A DNA stretch of 64,000 nt from Malacoraja senta (lineage: Eukaryota), in contig CM075977.1 in NCBI GenBank assembly GCA_038087875.1, positions 269,390,001 to 269,454,000 on the forward strand, given 5' to 3'. The number at the start of each line of letters is the position of its first letter. Positions within the stretch are counted from its first letter, which is position 1. The notes below the pieces were generated by a model. The model did not search any database and was not told the DNA's origin. It saw only the letters and a program-made list of their open reading frames with translations. Of the stretch, positions 35,053 to 48,660 are shown piece by piece. A program made the translations under genes and the position numbers.

Positions 35053-35330
35053 ATTATACAGTGACAGACCTGTGTCCACCAATATTATACCCCTCTATTA
35101 AACAGTGACAAAAACTCTGCCAACCAATACTGTACCACAGCATTACACAGTAGAAGCTAACACCCATCAACAATACACAGTTGTGACATACACAGGGACA
35201 TACCCAAGCCCTCCTGCACTGCATCCCAGTGTTACACAGTGGCAGACCTGTGCCAACCAACATTGCACCTCTGTTACGCGGGAGCAGACCAGCGCCCACC
35301 AGCGCTGTAACTCTATATGCCACATCTCTG
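35053..35330. repeat. Degenerate ~40-bp tandem repeat
   Basis: Recurring TTAYACAGTGRCAGACCTGTG..CCACCA units. Confidence 0.6.
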
Positions 35331-36849
35331 CCAATCAGCAATACACCCCATCATCACACATTGACAAGCAAGTGTTCACCAGCATTTCACCCAATGCTAC
35401 ACTATTGCAGATAGTAGCGTGGTAAACATTTTGCCAATGCATTAATATTTGTCCTTAAATAAGAAACAGTATGCCAGGTATGGTCCCAAGGCTGCTCTTT
35501 ACAATTGAAATATAGCCTCCATTTTTGTGTTCAATTCCCTTAACAATAATAACCTTCTGCTCATTTTCCTAATTACTTGTGTATCTGCACACTCGCCTAC
35601 TGTAAATCATGCCCAAGGAAATCCAAACCTCTCTGTATCTCATTGTTCTGCAATCTCTCACTATTTAGATTATATGCTGCTTTTTCATTTTTGCTCCCAA
35701 AATGGAAAACTTAGCATTTTCCCCATACTGCGCTCCTTAGTAAATCTTTTCCCATTCTCTTAACTTACCTAAATCCTTTTGCAGGTTTCTTATGTCCTTT
35801 TCAGAACTTACTTTCCAACCTCTCTTTGTGTCATTAGCAAACTTAGCCACCATACCTTCAGTCTCTTCATCCGAGTCATAAATTTATAATAATTGTGATG
35901 TGTTGAGACCCCAGCACTGATCCCCACAGCACATTATTCGTTACATCGCAATGTACTACATCACACACCATGAGCTTTCCAATTTCTGCACTAATTATTG
36001 ATGCAACTTGCATGATGATGAGCATGATGAAGACAGGCTTGGAGGAGGGCAGAGCAAACTCCGTCTGCTGATCCGTGGTCTCTGCAGCACCCCTCCATTC
36101 TCCACATGCTTCGGTCTGATGCATTCACAGTGTTCACTTCCTGAGAAATTGAGTGACGCTGTGCCTCGGCCAGTGAGCCTCACCACATGGATTACGAGTG
36201 CTGTGATTTGTTAATGACTAAAAAGCATTCCATCTGTCAATATCAGAGCCACACATAAATCCTTAGAGGGCTTCGGACTGCCAGAAATCACGTGTATTTA
36301 TCTCTGCACCAACTTGCACAATCGGTTAGTTAATAATCCAAAGATGGCGTCTTTGACCTGGAATGCAAACTGATTCTCTTTCCACAATTCTGCATGAGCT
36401 ACTGCATGATTCCAGAATTTTCACCGGCATTTGCAGTGCTTTGATTTTCAGTTGGAATTTAGCTCAAGACTTCTTGACTATTCGTTTCTGTTGTTCATTT
36501 CAAGATGGGCGTGCTGTCTGGATTCTACTATGACTAACAAATCAGCAATTTATTATCAACTTATCATCCCATGCACATTCCAAGATCTACTTCATTAAAC
36601 CATTTCAAGTTTGTTCGAGACATCCCTCATCCTGGAATCAGATTGGCAAACTAACCCATAGAACTGCTTACAAAGCCCGTCATTATTTCCTTAATTATTG
36701 AACTAGTCAAAAAGCTTATGGATAATAAGTTGCTGCTTTGTTTGGCATTATCAGCTTGCAAATTCTTCATTGATAATACCTTCATGCCTATATTAGGATA
36801 ACGTCAAATGAGACATCGATTTCCCCTTGGTCTGCTTGATAAAAATTGA

Positions 36850-37583
36850 AGGGGCTGTCCCACTGCGGGACCTAACTTGCGAGTTTAGAAGAGTTTGCGC
36901 TCGACTCAAACTCACAGCATGGTCGACACATGGTCCTTTGAAGTCCTAGGAGGTCACTATAACTCTCCTTCATGCTCGAGGGAAGTTCCCGCATACTCGC
37001 GGCCTCAGTTTGGTCGAGAGAAAATTTTCAGCATGCTGATAATTTTTACCGTGATTAAAAATTGGTCGGCATGGTTCTTTTGAACTCGTAGTGCAGGGGA
37101 GTGGGGTCACTATGTCGAGGTAGCCGTAGGCAATCTCCTTTGGTGACCGGGCATTTTAATTTGCTCATTGGAGTTTTCAGAACCAAGGAAAACCGACCGG
37201 TAATGTTAAATGCCCGCTAAACTTTGTTAAAAGTTGTCTGGCTTCTTAAAAGTGTCTCCATTCCTTCTCCCCCCCCCCCTTCTCCCCCTTCTCTCCCCCT
37301 TCTCTCCCCCTTCTCTCCCCCTCTCTCCCCTTCTCTCCCCCCCCCCCCCCCCGCGCTCTCTAAAGGACTTACCGTACACCGAGCCAGACTCTTTTACCTT
37401 CCTGTTCATCGTGGGTGTGAATTTCAGACCGCTCACCTGCTTTCCCTGGCCCCCGCCTTTGCGATGTGTTTGTGTGTGTGTGTGTGCGGTCGGTCAATCC
37501 AGCTCAAGGTTTTTCAGGCGAGTGCCCTCGAGCTTGAAGGTCGAAGACTGTCGCTGAAAAGTTGCGTTAGTGGGACAGGCCCT
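36850..37583. mobile_element. PIF/Harbinger-type MITE
   Basis: TIRs AGGGGCTGTCCCACT / AGTGGGACAGGCCCT, flanks TGA/TAA, non-coding interior. Confidence 0.8.
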
Positions 37584-38584
37584 TAAGTACATGTCATCAA
37601 ATAAGCTAATTCATGGGATTTTCAGGATTGATTGCTTTAATTCGGATCTATGTACTATCTTCTGAAATACCTCTACATGACATATTGGAATTAGTTTCTA
37701 ATTTTACAAGCTTTAGAAAATTAGCATTGTAAATGGGAGACATGCAGTTCAGATGATTGAGTGCTGCCCTCATTTTGCTCAGAGCAATACCCCAGGATTC
37801 CTCGTACCATCAAAGCAGTGAAAATAGTTCACCTTTGTGAAAATAGCAACCTCCAGATAAAACTAACTGCATTTAAAGCAAACTACAGGTGATCTGCTAA
37901 GAGCATGCAATCTAGTAGGTGTTAATAAATATGAAAACCGTAACCAGTGGACCATTGTGGTGTTGATGACCATTGTGCAGCTGGGGGTTAATTTGTGACA
38001 TATTCCAATTATCTCATCGTCAAGCAATATGGATTGGTTTGCTGCTTGGGAAATGCAGCATTTGGTAATTTGAAATCCTTTTAAGTGATAAATAATGAGA
38101 TGATGAAATTATTAGTGAAAGGATGAATTGGCAATATATGCAGAGTGAATAAAATGACTGCACTGGAGCAGGAATAGCAGAATAAATCACAAAGGTCTGC
38201 AAAAAATGAATCGCAGGTTCCACAAGCGCATAGATAGTGACAAGAACATGAGTTTGGCATGAGGCAACATCTTTGGTACTGAAGTCCTAGTTACACTCAA
38301 TCGATTTTATTATGCAGTCCATGCTGTTCACATGGCTAACACCAGACTTGTGAAACTGAGCTCTGTCATGGAAAGAGATTATCAGGCACAGTGAGAAAAT
38401 AATTTTAAGGATGTTTGTAGTTTCACCTTCATTTTCTTTTGCAACACATGAGCCCATCTGGTCCATGCTAATTCACATAGCAATCCCATCATTCTAATTC
38501 CATGTTAAGCAATCCCTGCCCCATCTGTGCAAAAGTCCACAAGTTTCACATTTACCTTATCCATCACCTTGGAACCCACAAATG

Positions 38585-38880
38585 TGCAGCACAGTGGTAG
38601 AGTAGTAGTTGCTGCCTTATAGCGCCAGAGACCCAGGTTCTATACTGACTACGGGTGCCGTCTGTGCAGAGTTTGCACGTTCTCCCTTTGACTGTGTGAG
38701 TTTTCTCTGGGTGCTCCCTTTTCTTCCCACATTCCAACGATGTGCAGGCGTGTAGGTTAATTGGCTTCTGTAAAATTGCTCCTAATGTGTAGGATAGACG
38801 GGTGATCATTGGTCGGCATGGACTTGGTGGGCCAAAGGGCCTGTTTCCACATTGTATCTCTAAACCTATACCTAAATCCA
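38585..38880 (+). mobile_element. HE1-type V-SINE
   Basis: Matches the SINE at 27011. Confidence 0.82.
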
Positions 38881-39179
38881 AAAAGGAAACAAGTCATCCT
38901 TGGTCCCATGGGATTATCTAACAATGGGAAGATATATTATATTAACTTGATTAATTGTGCATGTGATATTTTAATGCTTCAGGTATGTTCATTGAAGAAG
39001 ATTATCAAACTGTTCAGATAGGGAATTCCAGAAATATACAAGGTTAATAAAAGGTTACCAAGTCTTATAGCTATATAGTCCTACACATTTGTGAATATGC
39101 TAGGGCAGTTTGAGATTGGGAAAGAGGTGGTACTGAGGCCAACAGGCTCTTCCTCATGAGCACGAGGCTCTTTCCCATT

Positions 39180-39750
39180 ACAGGAATGATGTGGAGTCCT
39201 TGGAGTGAGTGCAGAGAGGTTTACCAGAATGATAGACATAAAAAGCTGGAGTAACTCAGCGGGACAGGCAGCATCTCTGGAGAGTAGGAATGGGTGACGT
39301 TTCGGGTCGAGACCGTTCTTCTTCCCGTTTGCCAGAATGATGCCTGGGTTAGAGGATTTCAGCTATGATGAGACGTTGGATAGACTTGGATTGTTTTCTC
39401 TAGAATGTGGGAAGTTGAGGGGAGATTTGATAGAAGTATATAAAATTATGAGAGGCATAGATAGGGTCAACACACAGAACCTTTTTCCCCAGGGTGGAAA
39501 TGTCCAACACTAGAGGCCATAGCTATAAGTTTTTTTAAACAGAGAATAGTGGGGGCCTGGAACGCATTGCCAGTGGTAGTGATGGAGGCAGATACGATAG
39601 TGACGTGCAAAAGGCTTTTAGATAGACACATGGAAGTGCAGGGAATAGAGGGATATAGATCATATACAGGCAGTTGAAATCAGTTTAACTTGGCATCATG
39701 CTTGGCACAAACGTTGTGGCTGACGGGCCCATTCCTATGCTGTATGTTCT
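39180..39750 (+). mobile_element. CR1 LINE 3' fragment interrupted by a short Penelope-derived insert (39234-39326, minus)
   Basis: LGLFSLE..LRGDLIEVYKIMRG; insert flanked by GTTT(A/G)CCAGAATGAT 15-bp TSD. Confidence 0.82.
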
Positions 39751-39989
39751 ATAATCTTACAATCAAAGATTAAGTCTGAAATATTACACACTTCACCTGT
39801 TAACACAAAAGTGAAGCAATGCAGATGCTGCAAACCCAATAAAAATAGAAAATGCTGTATTGTGGGGACGGGGAAACATTTGTGGAGAGAGAAAAACTGT
39901 GTTAACATTACTCATTCATGAAGTTACCATTCATTAAACTTTCATCATCTGATTATCTATCAGTTAAATTCTGCACCTATTCTTGATTA

Positions 39990-40330
39990 GTACAGTGTCA
40001 GGGGGTATATAGGAGAAGACAGGAGAATGGGGTTAGGAGGGAGAGATGGGTCAGCCATGATTGAATGGCAGAGTAGACTTGATGGGGCCAAATGGCCTAT
40101 TTCTATTCCTATCACTTGAGGTATTATGATCCCATTTAACATACAAATCTGTGCTTTTGGAGCTGTGAAATGATTAGAACATAGAAACATAGAAAAAGAA
40201 AATAGGTGCAGAAGGAGGCTATTTGGCCAGCATTGCCATTCATTGTGATCATGGCTGACCTTCCACAATCAGTAACCCGTGCCTGCCTTCTCCCCATATA
40301 CCTTGATTCCGCTAGCCCCTAGAGCTCTAT
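39990..40330. mobile_element. Two tail-to-tail CR1 3'-end fragments
   Basis: CAGCCATGATTGAATGGC tail on + at ~40050 and its complement at ~40230. Confidence 0.65.
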
Positions 40331-41431
40331 CACAAATGAACCCACATCCCTACAACATGGAATACTGCATCTAGCTTTAATCTAAATATTTGAAGAAAAT
40401 ACATTTTGAAGTGTGTACCTGATTTGAAAAATTCAAGAGGATGTCAACCAGGATAATCTTAATCCAAGCTGTTGAAGACGGATAAAGCTAAAAAAAAACC
40501 CTACAACACAAAGAAAATGAAAGAAATCAACTGTAAAGATGGAACTGATGGTAATAAGTCCTTTCCACTCTGTGAATCTTTTAAGATTCACAGAGTGGAA
40601 GAGGTTGGAGAGGAGAACTAAAAAAGCAATTATGAAAAATATTGATGTACGTTCTTCCTTCAGGGGATAACAACAATTCTTTGAATTATACCTCACCTTT
40701 AATATAGAAAAACATCTAAAGGCATTTCACAGTAAGTGAGGCAGACACTAAGCTAGGGATAGAGATTTGGAAAGATGGCCGAGAGCATGATGATGCAATG
40801 TCTCTTAGGGATGGATTTAGAAGAGAGAGAATTGAAGCAGGAAGGAGTTTAGAGAAGGAATATGAATTCAGCCCCTCGGTGACTGAAACTCCATCAATGA
40901 CGGTCACAAAAAAAGAGGGGGATTAGGAGTTCAAAAAGGCAGTACCTGGATAAACAGGTGGGGTTATAGGAAAGAGGTCAACTGAGATAATGGTGAAATA
41001 AAATGGAGAGGTAAATGTTTTAAAATATTGTGGCAGTTTAAGCGCTGCATCTTACTGTTCTTTGAAATCCTTCACCAGAATGTGGAGAGAAGCACAGGTT
41101 ATGATAACAGTTTACATTGAGCAAACCTTGAAATGCGACCCCAGATTCAGTTGGAATTTCAAGAGGTTGCATAATTTTCTCTGAAAGAAGCTTGGATTCC
41201 AATCTGCAGCCATTCCCCTGGTTCAGTTGAATGACAAAAAGTTGCACTCTTTTCAACGTGTTATATCTATACTAATATTTGTCAAGGTTCAAAGCCGCCA
41301 AGAAGTCACCCCTGGGAACAGTAGTGTGGCCACTGGATGGTACAGTCACACAAAGTGCATCTCCAGCTAGTAAAAATCAAGTTATGAGTCGATCACCACA
41401 ATGAGCAGAAACAAACACAGAACAAGTTTGG

Positions 41432-41642
41432 AAAAGTGTAGGAAGGAACTGGAAATGCTGGTTTAAACCAAAGGTAGACACAAAATGCTGGAGTAACTCA
41501 GCGGGGCAGGCATCATCTCTGGAGAGAAGCAATGGGTGACGTTTCAGACTGAAGAAAGGTCTCGACCCGAAACGTCACCCATTGCTCTCTCCAGAAATGC
41601 TGCCTGTCCCGCTGAGTTACTCCAGAACTTTGTGTCTATCTG
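41432..41642. mobile_element. Inverted pair of Penelope-derived terminal repeats with a minimal hammerhead-ribozyme motif
   Basis: Arms 41474-41545 and 41569-41639 are complementary; CTGAAGA-AAGGTCTCGACCC-GAAAC-GTC at 41549-41576. Confidence 0.72.
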
Positions 41643-42361
41643 CACTTTTGGAAAAAGCAGGGGAAAAGTCTTCAATGTTTATCTGAAGTGGATGCAAATT
41701 CTGTGGAGCAGTCATGGTATCTGATGATGTTGGAGCTGAGGTACAGAAAGGGGAGATTGGCAACACTTGGAAATTTGGGAGGTCATTGTGGCAAGAAAGA
41801 AGATGACGAAACAGGGAAAGGGCGGAGGGTCAGGGAGAACTAGCAGGGGAAACCTGTGATAGGGTACAGACCAGGAGAAATCGAATGACACGAGAGGAAG
41901 TGGGACTGACAGAAAAAAGGATGTTGAAGGTGAATAAGACAACATTTCTGTCCCAGTTCACCAACCAAAAAAATAATTCAACTCCCTCCCTGAGTCAGTT
42001 ACACAAATCTGGGTCTCTTTAAGTGAGAAGTAATTTACACTGACAGCTCTGGGATTGATTTTCAGCAGTGCACATAAAATTCAGTACTCGTCTGCCTGTG
42101 ATGAGGGGCAAGAGTTCCACAATAACATTTATCTGCTTTTTGACTGTTATTTTGCCTGGTCAACAGTAATGATAAGTTACTGTTGTCTGACCTTTACAGC
42201 TCAAAAGGAGAATGTTTTCAATTCTATATGGTTTTTTCCTAAGTCTTCCTTCATGTTGGAGGATGACCTGCTTCTGCTGCTATATTGTGGGCTCTGAGGT
42301 GGCGAATAAGACGAGTGTAGCATTTGCAGTCTCAGCCACAGGTAGGACGAGAGGTGATTGA

Positions 42362-42880
42362 TGGGGCAGGGGTAGTATGTAATATTGGAGTTGGTTTGCT
42401 CCTTCCATTCATTACACTTGATTTCTGCACGCCACTAGCAAAGAGGTTTAAAGTTTCACTTCTCATTAAAATACTGCTTCTTCACCTTGAACGATCATGG
42501 GTCAGGGATTTCCACAGGCCAGTGGAGATGTTGCAATATTTCAAAGCTTTAAGAATATCCTTGAACCATGATCTATGTCTTCCCGGAAATCCTTGGAGCT
42601 TGGAATTGATGCCCTTATTTGGAAAGCTGATGTTGGACATGCAAAAGACATGGAGCTGATTGGTGTCAGTGAAGCAATGATACTGGACCTGATGGTGGAT
42701 GCTGGCATTAGTTTGCTTGCACTGTGAGTGGTTTGGGAGGATTTTGCAGTTTAGTTTAGTTTAGAGATACAGCATGGAAACAGGCCCTTTGGCCCACCGA
42801 GTCTGCGCCAACCTGCGATCCCCACACACTTACACCATCCAGCACACACTAGGGGACCATTTACAATTTTACCAGTTTTT
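42362..42880 (+). repeat. Left copy of the ~520-bp direct repeat flanking the L1 (includes a SINE 3' fragment)
   Basis: Near-identical to 45910-46435. Confidence 0.95.
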
Positions 42881-45800
42881 TTTTAAAGTTTTTTTTTAAA
42901 GATATTTTTTATTGGAGGTAGATACATATCATATTCAAATCGATGACCAGTCTTACATTTTTAAATTACTAATATCGTCCATTATTATTACAATGTCTCC
43001 AATACTTTTTTTTTATTTTTTTTTTAAAACTAAATAGAACTAAAAGATATAGATGAAATAAAGAAAGAAAGAGAAAAAAGAGAAGAAACAAGAAAAAAAG
43101 GAAAAAAAAAAAAAAAAAAGATAAAAAAGGAGAATGGAATAATTTACTACGATAAAAAACTTCATTCGAGATATATTCGTACATTTCAGAGTATAACCTT
43201 TCATCTATTCCTTGGCACGGGTGTTAGTCAGGTTCCTGTGCTGAACCATTCTGACCCTTTAAATAGTCAATAAGGGAGATCATGTTCGACGAATAGTTCC
43301 TGTTTATCCAACAGGACAAGTCTAATTCTTTCCAAGTGTAAGGTCTCCGTCATTTCTATAATCCACATTTTAATTGTGGGGGTTTATAGGGCCTTTCCAA
43401 AATTTTAGAATTAATTTTTCCCAGTTATTATACTATAATCAATAAAGTTTCTTGAGTTGTTTGTAAATGTTGATTTAGTTCTAATGTTCCAAGTATTATC
43501 AATTTTGGATCCGGGTCCAATTGAATGCTAGTCACTTTAGATATTATTGTGAAAATATTTACCCAGAATTTTTAATTTTTATGCAATTTGCAACATATGA
43601 GACAAGTTAGCTTCTAAATGTTGACATTTATCACATATTGGTGAGATATGTGGAAGATTTTATTTAATTTTGTTTTAGAATAATGTAACCTATGTATTAC
43701 TTTGAATTGTATTAGAGAATGTCTGGCATTTAATGAACATTGATGTATATGTTGTAAACTTTCTTCCAAGTATCTTTCGTTATTATTTGATTTAGTTCTT
43801 TTTCCCAAGTTTGTCTGTGTAAGTCCGTCAATGGAATATCATTGTCTAATAAAATATTATATATATAAGATATTAGGTTTTTCTGTATTAGGATGTTTAT
43901 TCCAACAGTCGTCAAAAATTTCTGATTTTCTAATTCTAAAATTTCGAGTATTTGCTTTTACGTAATCTCTAAGTTGGAGATATCTGAAAAAATCATTTAC
44001 TTGAAGTCCATAAATCTGTTGCAACTCCTGAAATGAAAGAAAAGTGCCTTCCTTATAAAGTTGTCCATCTTTTTAATTCCATAGTTTTTCCATTGTGTGA
44101 AACCTTTGTCCAACCATGAGGGCTTAAACAAAGGGTTATTCGCAATTGGAAGAAAAAGTGATAAATTATCTAGTTTTAATGTCTTTTTTAATTGTTTCCA
44201 AATTCGCATAGTACTATATATTATAGGATTTTCCCTATAAACTTTTTTATTTAATTTAGAAGTAGCAAATAGTATCGAGCCGATTTCAAAAGGTGAGCAA
44301 TCTTCCTTTTCCATTTTTAACCAATCTGGTTGTTGATCTATTTCTTCCAACCAAAAATTCATATTTTTAATGTTAACTGCCCAAAAATAAAACAAAATGT
44401 TTGGTAAAACCAAACCTCCATTTATTTTTGATTTGCACATATGTTTTTTGCTTATCCTATGATTCTTATAATCCCAGATAAAGTCACTGACAATGGAATC
44501 TAACTTTTTAAAAACGTTTTTTGACAAATATATCGGAATTGTTTGAAAAAGGTATAATATTTGCGGTAAGAAAATCATTTTTATGGCATTAATTTTGCCA
44601 ACCATTGAAATAGGAAGTGTTTTCCAATGCTAAATATTCTTATGTAGTTTATTCAGTAATAGGGGAAAGTTTGCTTTAAATAATGATGTATATATCTTAG
44701 TAACATAAATGCCTAGGTATTTAAATTTTTCATTTACTATTTTAACTGGAAATTGTTGTATTATATGTTTATTATGTTCCCTTATTGGCATAATTTCACT
44801 TTTATTCCAATTTATTCTGTATACTGAGAGTGAACCAAATTGGGTTATTAGCTTTAATAAATTTGGAATACTAATTTCTGGTTTTGTAATGTAAATTAAT
44901 ACATCATCTGCGTATAGAGAAATTTTATTCACTGTATCCTTTGTGTTATACCCATATATTTCCGGATGTGTCCTGACTCTTTCTGCGAGTGGCTCTATAA
45001 CAAGCGCAAATAATAATGGAGACAACGGGCATCCTTGTCTACAACCTCTAGATAGGTTAAATTTAGATGATAACCTTTGGTTTGTTAATATTCTAGCCGT
45101 AGGGTTTGTATATAACAGTTTTATCCATGTACAAAATTTCTCGCCCAGCTGCAATTTTTCCATCACCGAAAATAAATAGGGCCATTCCCCCTGATCAAAA
45201 GCTTTTTCAGCATCGAGTGAGATTATTGCTAGATCTTCATTAATATTTCTCTTTGAATATATTATATTAAATAATCTTCTTAGATTGTAATATGAATACC
45301 GCTTCTGAATAAAACCTGTTTGGTCAGGGTGTATTAGTTTATTCATCACTGTACTTAATCTGTGCGCTAAAATTTTTGTTAGTATTTTCTGATCTGTATT
45401 TAAAAGTGCAATTGCTCTGTATGATCCTGGATCTTCGGATCCTTATCAGCTTTAGGAATAAGTGTTTATTATAGATTCATTTAAGGTATCTGGAAGTTCT
45501 GTTGAGTATAAATATGTTCATACAGCTTTTGTAAACGTGGAGAAAGCAAATCATAATTTTTTTTTATAGAATTCCGAGCCTAAACCATCTGGTCCTACTG
45601 CTTTACCATTTTTTAAAGATCCAAATAGACTCTTCAATATCTTTTATCGTAATCTCCGCTTCTAATAATTCTCTATCTTTTGAATCTAAACCTTTTAAAT
45701 TACATTTTTGTAAAATATCTGCTATTCCTTCTTGGTTGTACTACAGTTTTAGTTGAGTAAAGATTATGATAGTATTGGAGAAATCTCTCGTTTATATCCT

Positions 45801-45910
45801 TGGGCAATTTTAATAATTCTCCTGTATCTGCTCTAATTTTATGAATTATTTTTTCCCCCTCATTTTTCATAGCTGACGAGCTAATAGTTTTTGTGGTTTG
45901 TCTCCAAACT
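42881..45910 (-). mobile_element. 5'-truncated L1-clade LINE (disrupted ORF2, 3'UTR, poly-A)
   Basis: IHPDQTGF, SLDAEKAFD, GCRQGCPLSPLLF, LYADD, KYLGI, F.W...RI..GGL motifs; T-tracts at 42876-42910. Confidence 0.95.
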
Positions 45911-46435
45911 GGGGCAGGGGTAGTATGTAATATTGGAGTTGGTTTGCTCCTTCCATTCATTACACTTGATTTCTGCACGCCACTAGCAAAGAGGTTTAAG
46001 TTTCACTTCTCATTAAAATACTGCTTCTTCACCTTGAACGATCATGGGTCAGGGATTTCCACAGGCCAGTGGAGATGTTGCAATATTTCAAAGCTTTAAG
46101 AATATCCTTGAACCATGATCTATGTCTTCCCGGAAATCCTTTGCCCACATGGAGCTTGGAATTGATGCCCTTATTTGGAAACCTGATGTTGGACATGCAA
46201 AAGACATGGAGCTGATTGGTGTCAGTGAAGCAATGATACTGGACCTGATGGTGGATGCTGGCATTAGTTTGCTTGCACTGTGAGTGGTTTGGGAGGATTT
46301 TGGCAGTTTAGTTTAGTTTAGAGATACAGCATGGAAACAGGCCCTTTGGCCCACCGAGTCTGCGCAACCTGCGATCCCCACACACTTACACCATCCAGCA
46401 CACACTAGGGACCATTTACAATTTTACCAGTTTTT
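45910..46435 (+). repeat. Right copy of the ~520-bp direct repeat, ending at TTTTT/AA
   Basis: Near-identical to 42362-42880. Confidence 0.95.
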
Positions 46436-48199
46436 AAGAATCATGAAAAGGTTGATAGAATGTTAGTTTAAAAAGGTGAGGGGTGGGGGAACAATACTAA
46501 GCCTTAATTAGATCACATCACAGATTGTGGACAGACCTTTTAAAGATGGGAATGCTGGACTGATTCTCCAGAACATCACCACAACCCTGTTGGTCAAATT
46601 ATGTACCAAATTAAATGAGACTGAAAGGTTTTGGTAAACAGAAAAAGAGGGTCCATCACAAGGAGACATAATCTTAAAATTGGAGGTGGGACATTCAGGA
46701 GAAAAACTAGCATATACTTTTTCACACAACTGTGAAATGGCCTTCATGAAATTAAGGAGGCTGTGGCAAAATGTATAACTTTAAAGTTGAATTTAATTAT
46801 CTTTTGTCAGCCAAATGTATTTATGGATATGGAGCCGAGGTGGATAAATTGAACTATGAATCAGGCCAACTGTTATCTCACTGATGGTGGTATTGATAAA
46901 GAGTCTGAATGGCCTACTCCTGTTTCTCCAGAGATGTAGAATTGAAAGCTCAACATGATATTCAATGGCCAAACACCATGTGCTGGAGGAACAGCATTAG
47001 GAAGCATCTGGAGGATGCAGGGGGGGGGAGAGAATGGGTGAAGTTTCAAGTTAAGACCCTTCTTTAGAAGAAGGTACTCAAAATATCGCATGTCCATTCC
47101 CTCCCCAGATGTGCACTGAGTTCCTCTAACACTTTGTATTTTACGCAAGTTTCCTGCATCTGCAGTTTACTGTTTCTGCATGATATTCAATGGGTTGCTG
47201 GTGTTAAGAGAAATCTTGTTGAGCCAGAGATTTGTGGATGTGGATGGGAAGTTAAATTTGTTCATTTTTTGGAAGGTTCTTGCCCTAAAGTTGATGATAG
47301 GCAGAGGGGAATGCAAATATAATATATGTATCATCCAGAGTAGTGAGGGGTGGCTTGCCCCTGCACATCATGTGCAGAATAAGCCGAAAGGAAACAGGAA
47401 ATCATGACAGGTGTTGAGAGCTTATCAGAAGACTTCTATACCTCCTGCCCAATGATGGTAGTGAGAAGAAGGCATGGCCAGGATGGTGGGGTTTCATGAT
47501 AATAAATGCTGATTTATTGTGGAAGCATCTCGTGTAGAGGCTATTGATCGAGGGGAAGGCTCTGCTTGCGATGGATCACGCTGAATCCACTCATTTCTAC
47601 AGCCTCTTATGTTCCTGTCTGTTGGAATTAACAAACCATGCCATGATGCAACCAGTCAAGATACTTTCGACAATACATCTGTAAAAGATGATAGAGTATT
47701 CTGAGACATATCAAACCTCATTACATTTCTAATAAAGTAGAGATGCTGGCATGCCTTCTTCATGATTACCTTTATGTGCTGGGCCCAGGATAGGACAGTC
47801 TCCGTATTATATTAGAGCTATCGACCAAATCACGCTACAGTGCTGGTGATAGTTCCAAGGGTAAATATTGTTCATTATGCATTTGACTTCTGCACTATGT
47901 CTCATTCTGAAAAAAAAATGCAGATACTGCAAAACTGGAACAAAAAAGCAAATGCTGAAAGCATTCAGCAGATCAGGCCACTACTGCAGAAAGTGAAAGA
48001 GTTAACATTTCTGGTCCAAGAAACTTCATCAGAGTTTACAGAAACAGAGAAGGTGGAGAAAGGAATCGACAAAATCAAATAGAATATCGCCGACAGGATG
48101 AGACTAAATTAGCAATAATAGTTAAGGATCAACAGCAAGGTTATTGGTGCGAACCAAAATCATGGCAGGGACAAACATGGCCACTTCTGACTCAGACTG

Positions 48200-48660
48200 A
48201 AAGAAACACTTGCAGAATTATACATTGAATCTGGTAACCTGCAACATACCCAGACGTGTTGTCCCTCAAGATTGCGTTGGACTTCATTATAGGAGGCCAC
48301 AGGTAGAAAGATCAGAATGGAGGGGGACAAGTTCAGGTGCTCAGTATCACTCCTGTTGATGAAATGCAGGTGGTCCGCACACTGATCTTTAGTTTCTTTA
48401 GGTTTCTCCGGTGTAAAGGAGACCACATTGTAATCATGTAATGTGGTACTCTAGATTGGAAAAAGTGCAAGTGATTCACTCGTTCACCTGGAAAGACTGC
48501 TTCGGTTCCTGGATGGTGAGAAGGGAAAAGGTGAAAGGATAGATATTTTATTTCCTGCAGTTGCATGGAAAAATGTCATAAGATCGAGAACGGTAGGTGG
48601 AAGTCGAAGAATGGACCAGGGTCTTGGAAAAAAACGAATCCCTTTGAAATGCGCTTCATA
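48200..48660 (-). mobile_element. Old Penelope-like GIY-YIG fragment
   Basis: Degenerate similarity to 18760-19070. Confidence 0.55.

Noticed and set aside
35990-36215. Exon-like unique segment with several short ORFs
   Set aside because: No identifiable domain; frame and strand are ambiguous.
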